A stretch of 64,000 nucleotides of DNA, taken from an uncultured Pseudomonas sp. (GTDB lineage Bacteria; Pseudomonadota; Gammaproteobacteria; Pseudomonadales; Pseudomonadaceae). The stretch covers positions 8,166 to 72,165 of the forward strand of contig CBIHLF010000024.1 in assembly GCA_966210435.1 (NCBI GenBank). Direction: 5' to 3'. Of the stretch, positions 39,081 to 46,947 are shown in pieces. The position numbers were made by a program, and so were the translations under genes. Each line of letters opens with the position of its first letter. Positions within the stretch are counted from its first letter, which is position 1. A model generated the notes under the pieces. That model ran no database searches and had not been told where the DNA came from. It was given only the letters and a program-made list of their open reading frames with translations.

Positions 39081-39833
39081 ATGCTCAAAGCCCGCCTGCT
39101 GCACCTCGATCACCAGGCCCACGAACACACCCACGATCACCACCAATTGGTGCTGTCGTTGTCCGGGCGCGCGGAATTCGAGGTCAATGGCCGTGGTGGC
39201 GAAGTCTGTCGCATGCGCGCCTGCCTGGTGCCCGGCGATGCCGATCACCAGTTCGCTGGTATCGGCGATAACCGTATGCTGATCGTCGATCTCAACGGGC
39301 AGGGCACCTCCAGCGAAGACCTGGAGCTGCTCACCCATCTGTTCGAAACCCCGCGTTATCCGCAGCTGGATGTGGACTTCCAGCATCTGCTCAGTTATGC
39401 CGGTGCCGAGCTCGAACGCTATGGCAGCGACCCGATGTTGGCGCGTTCTCTGGGCGGGGTGCTGTTGCGGGCCTTACACTTGCGCCTGTTCGGCGAGCAG
39501 GCGCAACGGGCCACCGGGCCGCTCGATCTGGAGCGGCTCGATGCCTTTATCCTGGATAACCTGGCGCGGCGCATCAGCGTCGCCGAGTTGGCGCAGGTCG
39601 CTTGCCTCAGCCCCAGCCACTTTCACGCCCAATTCAAGGACAGCGTCGGCCTGACGCCCCACCAATACCTGCTCAAATCGCGTCTCGATCTGGCCGCGCG
39701 GCTGCTGCGCGAAAGTGCTCTGCCGTTGATTCGTATCGCCGAAGAGTGCGGCTTCTCCAGTCAAAGCGCCCTGACCAATGCGATGCGGCGCTACCTCGGT
39801 CTGACCCCCAAGCGGTTGCGCAGCGCCGATTGA
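39081..39833 (+). CDS. AraC-family transcriptional regulator (candidate proline-utilisation regulator PruR ortholog)
   Basis: Trimmed to MLKARLLHLDHQAHEHTHDHHQLVLSL (cupin-type N-domain). C-terminal AraC HTH (ISVAELAQVACLSPSHFHAQFKDSVGLTPHQYLL...FSSQSALTNAMRRYLGLTP). It follows icp, as pruR (PA0780) does in P. aeruginosa (from memory). Confidence 0.7.
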   Translation: MLKARLLHLDHQAHEHTHDHHQLVLSLSGRAEFEVNGRGGEVCRMRACLVPGDADHQFAGIGDNRMLIVDLNGQGTSSEDLELLTHLFETPRYPQLDVDFQHLLSYAGAELERYGSDPMLARSLGGVLLRALHLRLFGEQAQRATGPLDLERLDAFILDNLARRISVAELAQVACLSPSHFHAQFKDSVGLTPHQYLLKSRLDLAARLLRESALPLIRIAEECGFSSQSALTNAMRRYLGLTPKRLRSAD

Positions 39834-40049
39834 TCGCCTGGCCGGCGTCCCTTCGCGGCGCGGCCGGGTTCCAGTCTGTCTTAGCCGTTTCGCCGCCGGT
39901 TTCTCGTGCCTGGCGGTGGCTGCTTGCCGGTAAAAAAGGTGACCCCAGGCGCACTGCGGACTACTCTGCATGAGATTGAGCGATGAAGTTGCCAGGCTGG
40001 CGAGTCCTTTAATTTGCGGCGCGACTTGCGTCGAATCCGAGCACCAAGC

Positions 40050-40736
40050 ATGACGCAACCATTCAAACCACTGCGCTGGGGCGTTGCTGGCCTCTGTTGG
40101 CTGGTCAGTTCGATGCTTTCGGCGGCCGGTATGCAGGCCGTCCTGGTCGATGCTCAGGGGCAGCCGTTAGCCGATGCGCTGATCACCCTGCGTGGCCCCC
40201 TCGGCGCTGGGGCCGCCGAGCCACCGGCGGTGATGGATCAAGTGGCCCGCCAGTTCCAACCCCGCGTCCTGGCGGTGCACACCGGCAGCGCGGTGAGCTT
40301 TCCCAACAGCGACAATATTCGTCATCACGTCTATACCTTTTCGCCGGCCAAGCGTTTCGAGCTGCGCCTGTATCAAGGCACGCCGAGCGAGCCGGTGATA
40401 TTCGACAAGCCGGGAGTGGTGGTACTGGGCTGCAATATCCATGACTGGATGGTGGGCTACGTTTACGTGACGGACGATCCCTGGTTCGCCGTGGCCGATG
40501 AACAGGGCAGGGTGACCTTCGATGGATTGCCGGCCGGGCGTTACGCGGTCAGCCTGTGGCATCCGCAAGTGCCCGACATGTTGCCGCAGGCGGCCGGCGA
40601 GGTGCAGATCGGCGCGGCCGATCTGCAGCAGCGTTTTACCCTGGGCTTGCGCAGTGCCCCGGCCCCGGTGAGTGGCGAACCTGTCAGCGCGTTTGGCGCT
40701 GCCTTTAAAAAAGCGGCCGACGATGCTGCGCAATAG
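40050..40736 (+). CDS. exported cupredoxin-domain protein with amicyanin-like type-1 Cu ligand set (228 aa)
   Basis: Trimmed to MTQPFKPLRWGVAGLCWLVSSMLSAAG (signal peptide). Core FPNSDNIRHHVYTF ... GCNIHDWM gives the H...C-x2-H-x2-M ligand set, as in amicyanin HCTPHPFM. Ig-like beta segments flank the core. Confidence 0.7.
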   Translation: MTQPFKPLRWGVAGLCWLVSSMLSAAGMQAVLVDAQGQPLADALITLRGPLGAGAAEPPAVMDQVARQFQPRVLAVHTGSAVSFPNSDNIRHHVYTFSPAKRFELRLYQGTPSEPVIFDKPGVVVLGCNIHDWMVGYVYVTDDPWFAVADEQGRVTFDGLPAGRYAVSLWHPQVPDMLPQAAGEVQIGAADLQQRFTLGLRSAPAPVSGEPVSAFGAAFKKAADDAAQ

Positions 40737-43053
40737 CTTTCAGGCGCGTATCGCCATTGTGCTGATCCTGCTGCTGTCGGTGGTGGTCGGTGCGCTGTAC
40801 CTCGCGGTGCAGACGGCGACCAGCGTGGCGGTCCGGAGCCAGGCACGCGAGCAGCTGGAGGTCGGTAGCCTGGTATTTCAGCAACTGCTCGAAGTGCGCG
40901 GTCGGCAACTGCACGATGCGGTGCAGGTGCTCGCCGCCGATTTCGGCTTCAAGGAGGCGGTAGCCAGCGGCGACCACGAGACGATCCGTTCGGCGCTGGC
41001 CAATCACGGCGCCCGCATCAATGCCGACCTGGTACTGATGCTCGGTCTGGACGGCAGCCTGGCGGTCACCACCGATCGGCAGATTCAGGGGCAGACCGCC
41101 CAACGCCTGAGCGCGGAAGTCATGCGGCGACAACGCGAGGGCATGCAGGTTTTCCTGATGCCGATCGACGACAGAATCTATCTGCTGGTGCAAACCACGG
41201 TCAGCGCTCCCCTGCCGATCGCCCGGGTGATGTTGGGGTTCCGCGTGGATGAGGTGTTTGCCGCCGAGCTGCGCGGCTTGACCCACCTCGATCTGACCCT
41301 GGTAGCCAGCCAGGACGGTGTGGCGGATATCTGGATCAGCACCCTCGCCGACGAATCGCGCGCGCAGTTGCAGCGGGACATGGCGGCCGCGGGCGCCCCG
41401 GTCGATACCGCGCAGTTTGCCGACGGTCGTTACCTGGGACAGCGTCTGGTGTTGGCCAGCGGCGACGGCTTCAGCGTGCAGGCGCTGCTGCATAAATCGC
41501 TACGGCAGGCCCAGGAGGCGTTCGCCCCGCTCGATCGAAATATTCTGCTGATTGCTCTGGCCGCCTTGCTGGCCTCCCTCGTCGGCGCCTTGCTGCTGGC
41601 GCGCGGTGTGTCGCAACCGGTGCGGCTCCTGGCCGCGGCTACCGAACGGATCGGTCAGGGCGACTATCAGGCGCCGCTGGAGCTCGATCGCGACGATGAG
41701 TTGGGCAGCTTGGCCAAAGCCTTCCAGGCCATGCAGCAGGGGATTGCCGAACGTGAGCGACAGTTGGCGCATAACGCCCTGCATGATCGTTTGACCGGGT
41801 TACCCAATCGCGCTCTGGCACTCGAACGTCTCGGCACGGCGATCACCGCCCGGCGGCCGTTTGCCTTGCTGTGTCTCGGTGTGGGTAACCTGCGCGCGAT
41901 CAAGGACAGCTACGGCGCCGCTTCTGGCGACCTGGCCGTGCAGCAGCTCGGGCGGCAATTGCAGGGTACCCTGCGGCCTGGCGATAGCCTTGCGCACCTG
42001 CTGCTTGATGAATTCCTCCTGCAGCTCGACGGCTGTGACAGCGATGCCGCGGTGGCCGTGGCCGACCGCATCCTGCGTGCGCTGAGCAAACCGCTGCCGA
42101 TCGGCAATGGCGAGGCGCAACTCGAGTGCCGGGCCGGTATCAGCGCCTACCCGGTCGACGGTGAGACCCCGGACGATCTGCTGCGCCGCGCCGGCATCGC
42201 CATGCAGGATGCCGAGCACCTGCCCGGCCGTCTGCAGGTCTACCAGGAGGGACGTGACGCCGCCCACCAACGGCAGATTCGCCTGATCCGCGACCTCTAC
42301 CGCGCGCCGGAGCGAAGCGAGCTGGTCCTGCATTATCAGCCCAAGCTGGACCTAAAAAACGCCAGGGTGCTGCAGGCTGAGGCGCTGCTGCGCTGGCAAC
42401 ACCCCGAACTGGGGTTGATTTCGCCAGGCGAGTTCATTCCCCTGGCCGAGCGCACGGGAAGCATTCAGCTACTGACGGCGTGGGTCATCGAAGAGGTCTT
42501 GCGGCAGCTGCGCGAATGGGGCTTGCGTGGTCTGCGGGTGCAGGTCTCGCTGAATATTTCCACTGAAGACCTGGTCGACCCGCAACTGCCGGTCCGGGTC
42601 CGGCAGTTGCTGGCGCGTTATCAGGTAGCGCCCGCGCAACTGGTGTTCGAGATCACCGAGAGCGGCGTGATGCTCAACCCAACGGTCGCCCTGCAGGTGC
42701 TGCACGGCTTGCGCGACTGTGGCATCAGCCTTTCGGTGGACGATTTCGGCACTGGCTACTCGTCGCTGACTCAGCTCAAACGCATGCCGGTGCAGGAGTT
42801 GAAGATCGACCAGTCGTTTATTCGCGATCTGGACGACGCCAGCGAGGATTCGGTAATCGTCCGTTCGACCATCGAAATGAGTCACAGCCTGGGCCTCAAG
42901 GTCGTCGCCGAGGGCGTCGAATACCAGCGCAGCCTGTCGCTATTGCAGCATTGGCACTGCGACACCGTCCAGGGCTACCTGATCAGCCGCCCGTTGGCGG
43001 CCAACGCATTCGAGAGCTGGATGGCACAGCCCCTGCGAGAGGTGAACGGATGA
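40723..43053 (+). CDS. inner-membrane signalling protein: TM, periplasmic domain of about 240 aa, TM, HAMP, degenerate GGDEF, EAL (776 aa)
   Basis: Trimmed to MLRNSFQARIAIVLILLLSVVVGALYL (ATG 40723, 14-nt overlap with the previous gene). Second TM ILLIALAALLASLVGALLLA. GGDEF position reads LLDEF, with RPGD five residues upstream. EAL motifs are intact: EALLRW, DDFGTGYSSL, ELKIDQSF, VVAEGVE, QGYLISRP. Confidence 0.85.
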   Translation: MLRNSFQARIAIVLILLLSVVVGALYLAVQTATSVAVRSQAREQLEVGSLVFQQLLEVRGRQLHDAVQVLAADFGFKEAVASGDHETIRSALANHGARINADLVLMLGLDGSLAVTTDRQIQGQTAQRLSAEVMRRQREGMQVFLMPIDDRIYLLVQTTVSAPLPIARVMLGFRVDEVFAAELRGLTHLDLTLVASQDGVADIWISTLADESRAQLQRDMAAAGAPVDTAQFADGRYLGQRLVLASGDGFSVQALLHKSLRQAQEAFAPLDRNILLIALAALLASLVGALLLARGVSQPVRLLAAATERIGQGDYQAPLELDRDDELGSLAKAFQAMQQGIAERERQLAHNALHDRLTGLPNRALALERLGTAITARRPFALLCLGVGNLRAIKDSYGAASGDLAVQQLGRQLQGTLRPGDSLAHLLLDEFLLQLDGCDSDAAVAVADRILRALSKPLPIGNGEAQLECRAGISAYPVDGETPDDLLRRAGIAMQDAEHLPGRLQVYQEGRDAAHQRQIRLIRDLYRAPERSELVLHYQPKLDLKNARVLQAEALLRWQHPELGLISPGEFIPLAERTGSIQLLTAWVIEEVLRQLREWGLRGLRVQVSLNISTEDLVDPQLPVRVRQLLARYQVAPAQLVFEITESGVMLNPTVALQVLHGLRDCGISLSVDDFGTGYSSLTQLKRMPVQELKIDQSFIRDLDDASEDSVIVRSTIEMSHSLGLKVVAEGVEYQRSLSLLQHWHCDTVQGYLISRPLAANAFESWMAQPLREVNG

Positions 43054-43907
43054 TCTATTTGCGCGGCCTCGGCTTGTGTCTGCTTGGCCTCTGGCCGAGC
43101 CTGCTGCTGGCCGATGGGCGTCTGCTCGCCAGCGCTGGTGCGAGCAGCCTTGAGGGCGCCGCAGGTGGCGGAATCACCCCCTGGGCGGTGCTGTCCGGTT
43201 ATGGCGAGCGCGGCGAATGGGGCGCGACGGCGTTCGCCACCCGGGTGGAAACAGGCGATTACCGCCTGGACGCGGCAGGGGTTGCAGCGGCTTTCGATAA
43301 CCGGGTGGAGCTGTCCTATGCACGACAACGCTTCGATCTGGGCAACCTGGCGCGCGGGCTCGACCTTCCGGAAAACAGCCTGAGCCAGGATATATTCGGG
43401 ATCAAGCTACGCTTGTTCGGCGACTTGATCTATGACCGCCTGCTTCAGGTGTCCCTGGGCGTGCAGCACAAGCGGCAGAAGGACTTTCTCATCCCCCGCC
43501 TGGTGGGCGCCCAGCGCAGCGAAGATACCGAGGGCTATCTCAACGCCAGCCGGCTGATCCTCGGCGGCGCCTTCGGTTACAACCTGCTGCTCAACGCCGG
43601 TATGCGCTACAGCCGGGCCAATGAGCTGGGGTTGTTGGGCTTTGGCGGCGATCGTCGCGACCGCCGCTCATTGCTGAAGGAGGGCTCTGCTGCGGTGTTG
43701 TTCAATCCGCGCTGGGCTTTGGGCATGGAATACCGCGAGAAACCCGACAACCTGAACTTTGCCGGCGAAAGCGACTGGGCCGATCTGTTCGTCGGCTATT
43801 TCCCCAATAAGCACCTGGCCGTGGTGCTGGCCTACGCGCGGCTTGGCAGTATCGCCGGGCTGGACAACCAGAACGGCGCCTACCTGTCCGTGCAGGGGAG
43901 TTTCTGA
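43050..43907 (+). CDS. DUF3034-like exported protein, predicted outer-membrane beta-barrel (285 aa)
   Basis: ATGA overlap with the upstream stop. Signal peptide MIYLRGLGLCLLGLWPSLLLA. Alternating hydrophobic strands. C-terminus ...YLSVQGSF, with the terminal Phe typical of OMPs. Confidence 0.65.
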   Translation: MIYLRGLGLCLLGLWPSLLLADGRLLASAGASSLEGAAGGGITPWAVLSGYGERGEWGATAFATRVETGDYRLDAAGVAAAFDNRVELSYARQRFDLGNLARGLDLPENSLSQDIFGIKLRLFGDLIYDRLLQVSLGVQHKRQKDFLIPRLVGAQRSEDTEGYLNASRLILGGAFGYNLLLNAGMRYSRANELGLLGFGGDRRDRRSLLKEGSAAVLFNPRWALGMEYREKPDNLNFAGESDWADLFVGYFPNKHLAVVLAYARLGSIAGLDNQNGAYLSVQGSF

Positions 43908-43909
43908 TC

Positions 43910-44332
43910 ATGCGTATCGCGCTTCTGGCTGCATTGTTGAGCCTGATGGCCTGCGCGCGGGCGCTTCCGCCGCAGGACGACAGCCTGTACCGGGCGCTTG
44001 GCGAGCAGGCCGGGATCACCCGGATCGTCGAAGGCATGCTGCTGAATATCGCCAGGGATAAACGCATCGTCGGTCATTTCGAGAACGTCGATATCGTGCG
44101 TCTGCGCGACAAGCTGGTCGAGCAGTTCTGCGTCGAGGCCGGCGGCCCTTGCACCTACAGCGGTGACAGCATGGAAGAGAGCCACAAGGGCCAGCAGCTC
44201 ACGCCCAGCGACTTCAATGCACTGGTGGAGAATCTGCAGGCGGCAATGAGCGCCGAAGGCATCGCCATGCCCGCGCAAAACCGCTTGCTGGCGCGCCTGG
44301 CGCCGATGCGCGGACAAATCATCGATCGCTAA
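43910..44332 (+). CDS. group-I truncated haemoglobin with lipoprotein signal peptide (140 aa)
   Basis: MRIALLAALLSLMAC (lipobox LMAC). The 2-on-2 globin core SLYRALGEQAGITRIVEGML...GGPCTYSGDSMEESHKGQQLT has a candidate proximal His in the SHKG motif. It starts 2 nt after the previous stop. Confidence 0.75.
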   Translation: MRIALLAALLSLMACARALPPQDDSLYRALGEQAGITRIVEGMLLNIARDKRIVGHFENVDIVRLRDKLVEQFCVEAGGPCTYSGDSMEESHKGQQLTPSDFNALVENLQAAMSAEGIAMPAQNRLLARLAPMRGQIIDR

Positions 44333-44401
44333 TCGAGCCCGCCGGGTGCTATGCCGGCGCCAGCTTGGCGCGTGTGCGCTCAGCAGCGCAGTGGCGGGAA
44401 A

Positions 44402-44617
44402 TCAGGCGCGCTGCATGCCTTGCAGGGCGATCGCTTCGCGCGCCAGGCGCAATTGATCGGCATCCTGGTTCATCCGGTGGATCACATTGAACAGTTGCTG
44501 TTTGAGCAGTTCGTCGCCGATGCGTTCCGCCGCGCGCATTACCGCGATGGCGGCTGCTTCGTTATTGTCGGCGACCAGGTCCAGCGTTTTGCACAGGTTT
44601 CTTGTGGCACGGCTCAC
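44402..44617 (-). CDS. small helical protein of unknown function (about 71 aa)
   Basis: Track ORF 44402..44623. The second in-frame GTG (44615-44617) has an AGGAGG site 7 nt upstream. Same strand as the HDOD gene and about 100 nt downstream of it. No recognisable domain. Confidence 0.45.
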   Translation of the reverse strand: MSRATRNLCKTLDLVADNNEAAAIAVMRAAERIGDELLKQQLFNVIHRMNQDADQLRLAREAIALQGMQRA

Positions 44618-44727
44618 CGGCACACCCTCCTAAAATTCAGTACGCACTTTAGAGCAGCCCTGTTGCGTTTTTGTTGCGCCTTCAGTGGAGCTTGCCGACG
44701 ACTCGCACGTCCCGGTCTAGAGGGTTT

Positions 44728-45600
44728 TCAGCGAAGCGTGTCGGCAATCGCGTGGATGTCTTCGCGATGGTCGACGATCATTCTCAATTCGCCGTTTTCG
44801 CCGATGGAATCCTGCGGTGGAAGCAACTTGCGGTAAGCGGCCAACGCTTGCAGCGGAGGCAAGCCGACATCGATATGGCGTTCTTTCAGGGCGTGGTATA
44901 GCGCCAGATTGACCAGGTCGAGCAGGTCGATACGCGGCCCGCCACTGCATTGCCAGTTGCCGGCCTCGCGGGTCACCTCGATGTATTCGCCGTCCACCGC
45001 CCACTTCTTCAACACGATAATGCCGAGGGACTTGCTGTATTCGCGGCATAGCTTGCCGTACAACTCTGGGTTGGGCGGGGTGCTGGCGTCCCTGAACGCC
45101 GAGAGCACGGCGAGGGTGCCGACTTCGCTGAGCAGGCTGGCGAGCAAGGCGTGCTGCGGCGCCACATGGCCGAGCAGGCGCGCGAGCAGGGCGCTGGTAC
45201 TGGCCTTGAGCACCAGACGGCTCCAGGCTTCGACGAACAGGCGCTTGTGCGCCGGGCTGTGCAGGGTGAACAGGCTCTTGATGCTGTGCACCATGGTAAT
45301 GCGATCGACCTCGCCCATGCCGAGCAGCACGATCACTTCGTTCAGGGTCTTGGGTGCGTGGCTGTGCCGATACAGGGCGCAGGAGGCGTGTTTCATCAGC
45401 AGCGCGCTGAGCGCCGGGTCGCGGCTGATCAGCCGCACCAAGGCGGTCATCGGCACCTGCGCATCGCCCAGGGCGCGGCGAATATCCAGGGTGAGGGTTG
45501 GCAGGCTGGGTAGTTGTTCCTCACCCTGCATCAGCTGTGAAACCACGCGCCGATAGATCGAATATTCCGAAGCTTCGCCAGCCAGGGTGTCCGTGCTCAA
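44728..45600 (-). CDS. HDOD-domain protein (290 aa)
   Basis: TTG start with AGGAG 8 nt upstream. LPSLPTLTLDIRRALGDAQVPMTALVRLISRDPALSALLMKHASCALY is the HDOD signature. Confidence 0.75.
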   Translation of the reverse strand: MSTDTLAGEASEYSIYRRVVSQLMQGEEQLPSLPTLTLDIRRALGDAQVPMTALVRLISRDPALSALLMKHASCALYRHSHAPKTLNEVIVLLGMGEVDRITMVHSIKSLFTLHSPAHKRLFVEAWSRLVLKASTSALLARLLGHVAPQHALLASLLSEVGTLAVLSAFRDASTPPNPELYGKLCREYSKSLGIIVLKKWAVDGEYIEVTREAGNWQCSGGPRIDLLDLVNLALYHALKERHIDVGLPPLQALAAYRKLLPPQDSIGENGELRMIVDHREDIHAIADTLR

Positions 45601-45714
45601 GATTCGTGCTCCTGCCGTTTTTCGACAGTGTAGGCAGCGGTCCGTTACTTGGCCTCGCAGGCGATCAGTGGCAAGCGGTGTCAGCGGGTTTCACAGCCCT
45701 TTTTTAACAGCCTG

Positions 45715-46947
45715 CTAGTGCCTTTTCGCCTTGCGGATACGCAAGGCGATGCCGCCGATGATCGCCAGCGCCGCCGGCCCTAGCACGCTGGCGGCCATTT
45801 CCGGCGAGAACGCGATGCCCAGGCTGTGCAAGCCCTCGACGCCGAGTTTGAACAGGCTGAGCAGGTAGTAGCTGATGGCGATGATCGACAGGCCTTCGAC
45901 CGCCTTCTGGATTTTGATCTGGGTGTTGGCGCGGGTATTGAGGCTGCGCAGGATCTCCGAATTCTGCTCTTCCACCTCGACCTGTACCCGGGTTTGCAGC
46001 AGCTCACCGAGGTTGGCCACGCTCTGCCCCAGGCGTAGCAGGCGTTGTTCGGTTACCGCGCAGTAACGCACCGTGGGTTTGAAGCGCCGCTCGATGAATA
46101 CACCGAGGCGCTGGCAGTCGCCGACATGGCTCTCGCGTAGCTCGGTGATGCGTTCGAATACCAGCTGCGCATAGGCCTCGGTGGCGCTGAAGCGCTGCCG
46201 GTGAATCGCCGTATTGCGCACCAGAGTGGCCGAGAGCAGGGCGATATCGCTGAGCAGCTGTTTGGCATTGCTGTTGCCGGGGTCGGCGTTGCGGTCGGAC
46301 AGTTTCGCCAGTTGCTGGTCATAGGCCTTGAGTTGACGATCCACGGTCTGCGCCACCGGCAGCGTCAGCGAGGCCATCATGCGGTAGGTTTCGATTTCCA
46401 GCAGGCGGCGGATCATCCGCCCGAGGCGGTAGGCGTTGAGCCTTCGGTTGACCAGCAGAAGGCGGTTGCGCCCGTCCTCGCTGAGCTGGAAGTCACTCCA
46501 CACCGTGGCATCGCCGCCACCGATATCCGAACCGGCCGGGTCCTTGAAACCATAGCGGGCGTTGTGTCCTTCCCAGTGTTGTTCCGACTCCACGAGGATC
46601 TGCACGGCGTTGATGATCAGTTGCCGGTAGGGCTCGATCAGCGCCGCCAGAGCCTGCGGCAGGGCTGGCCAGAATTCGCCGTTGGCCTGCTTGGGCAGCA
46701 TCAGCGTCAGGGTGAAGAATTCGGCATGTCGCTCCCACTTCAACGGGCCACCATCCATCTGCACCAGGCCCTGGGCGGTACCGGCGGGCCAGGGCGCTGG
46801 CGCAAGCTCGGCGAGCGCGGCGATCACCGTTTCGCTGACGCTGCTCTGGTCGAGCAAGGCGATATGGAAGACGTGAGCCGGTTCGTTGAAATACAGCGAG
46901 GGGCGGGCATGCAGCTCGTTATGCAGGACGGTTCTGAGTGGGTGCAT
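45715..46947 (-). CDS. DUF3422-family membrane-anchored protein (410 aa)
   Basis: Trimmed to MHPLRTVLHNELHARPSLYFNEPAHVFHIALL, the typical DUF3422 N-terminus as I remember it. Two C-terminal TM helices (LSIIAISYYLLSLF, AALAIIGGIALRI). Confidence 0.65.
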   Translation of the reverse strand: MHPLRTVLHNELHARPSLYFNEPAHVFHIALLDQSSVSETVIAALAELAPAPWPAGTAQGLVQMDGGPLKWERHAEFFTLTLMLPKQANGEFWPALPQALAALIEPYRQLIINAVQILVESEQHWEGHNARYGFKDPAGSDIGGGDATVWSDFQLSEDGRNRLLLVNRRLNAYRLGRMIRRLLEIETYRMMASLTLPVAQTVDRQLKAYDQQLAKLSDRNADPGNSNAKQLLSDIALLSATLVRNTAIHRQRFSATEAYAQLVFERITELRESHVGDCQRLGVFIERRFKPTVRYCAVTEQRLLRLGQSVANLGELLQTRVQVEVEEQNSEILRSLNTRANTQIKIQKAVEGLSIIAISYYLLSLFKLGVEGLHSLGIAFSPEMAASVLGPAALAIIGGIALRIRKAKRH

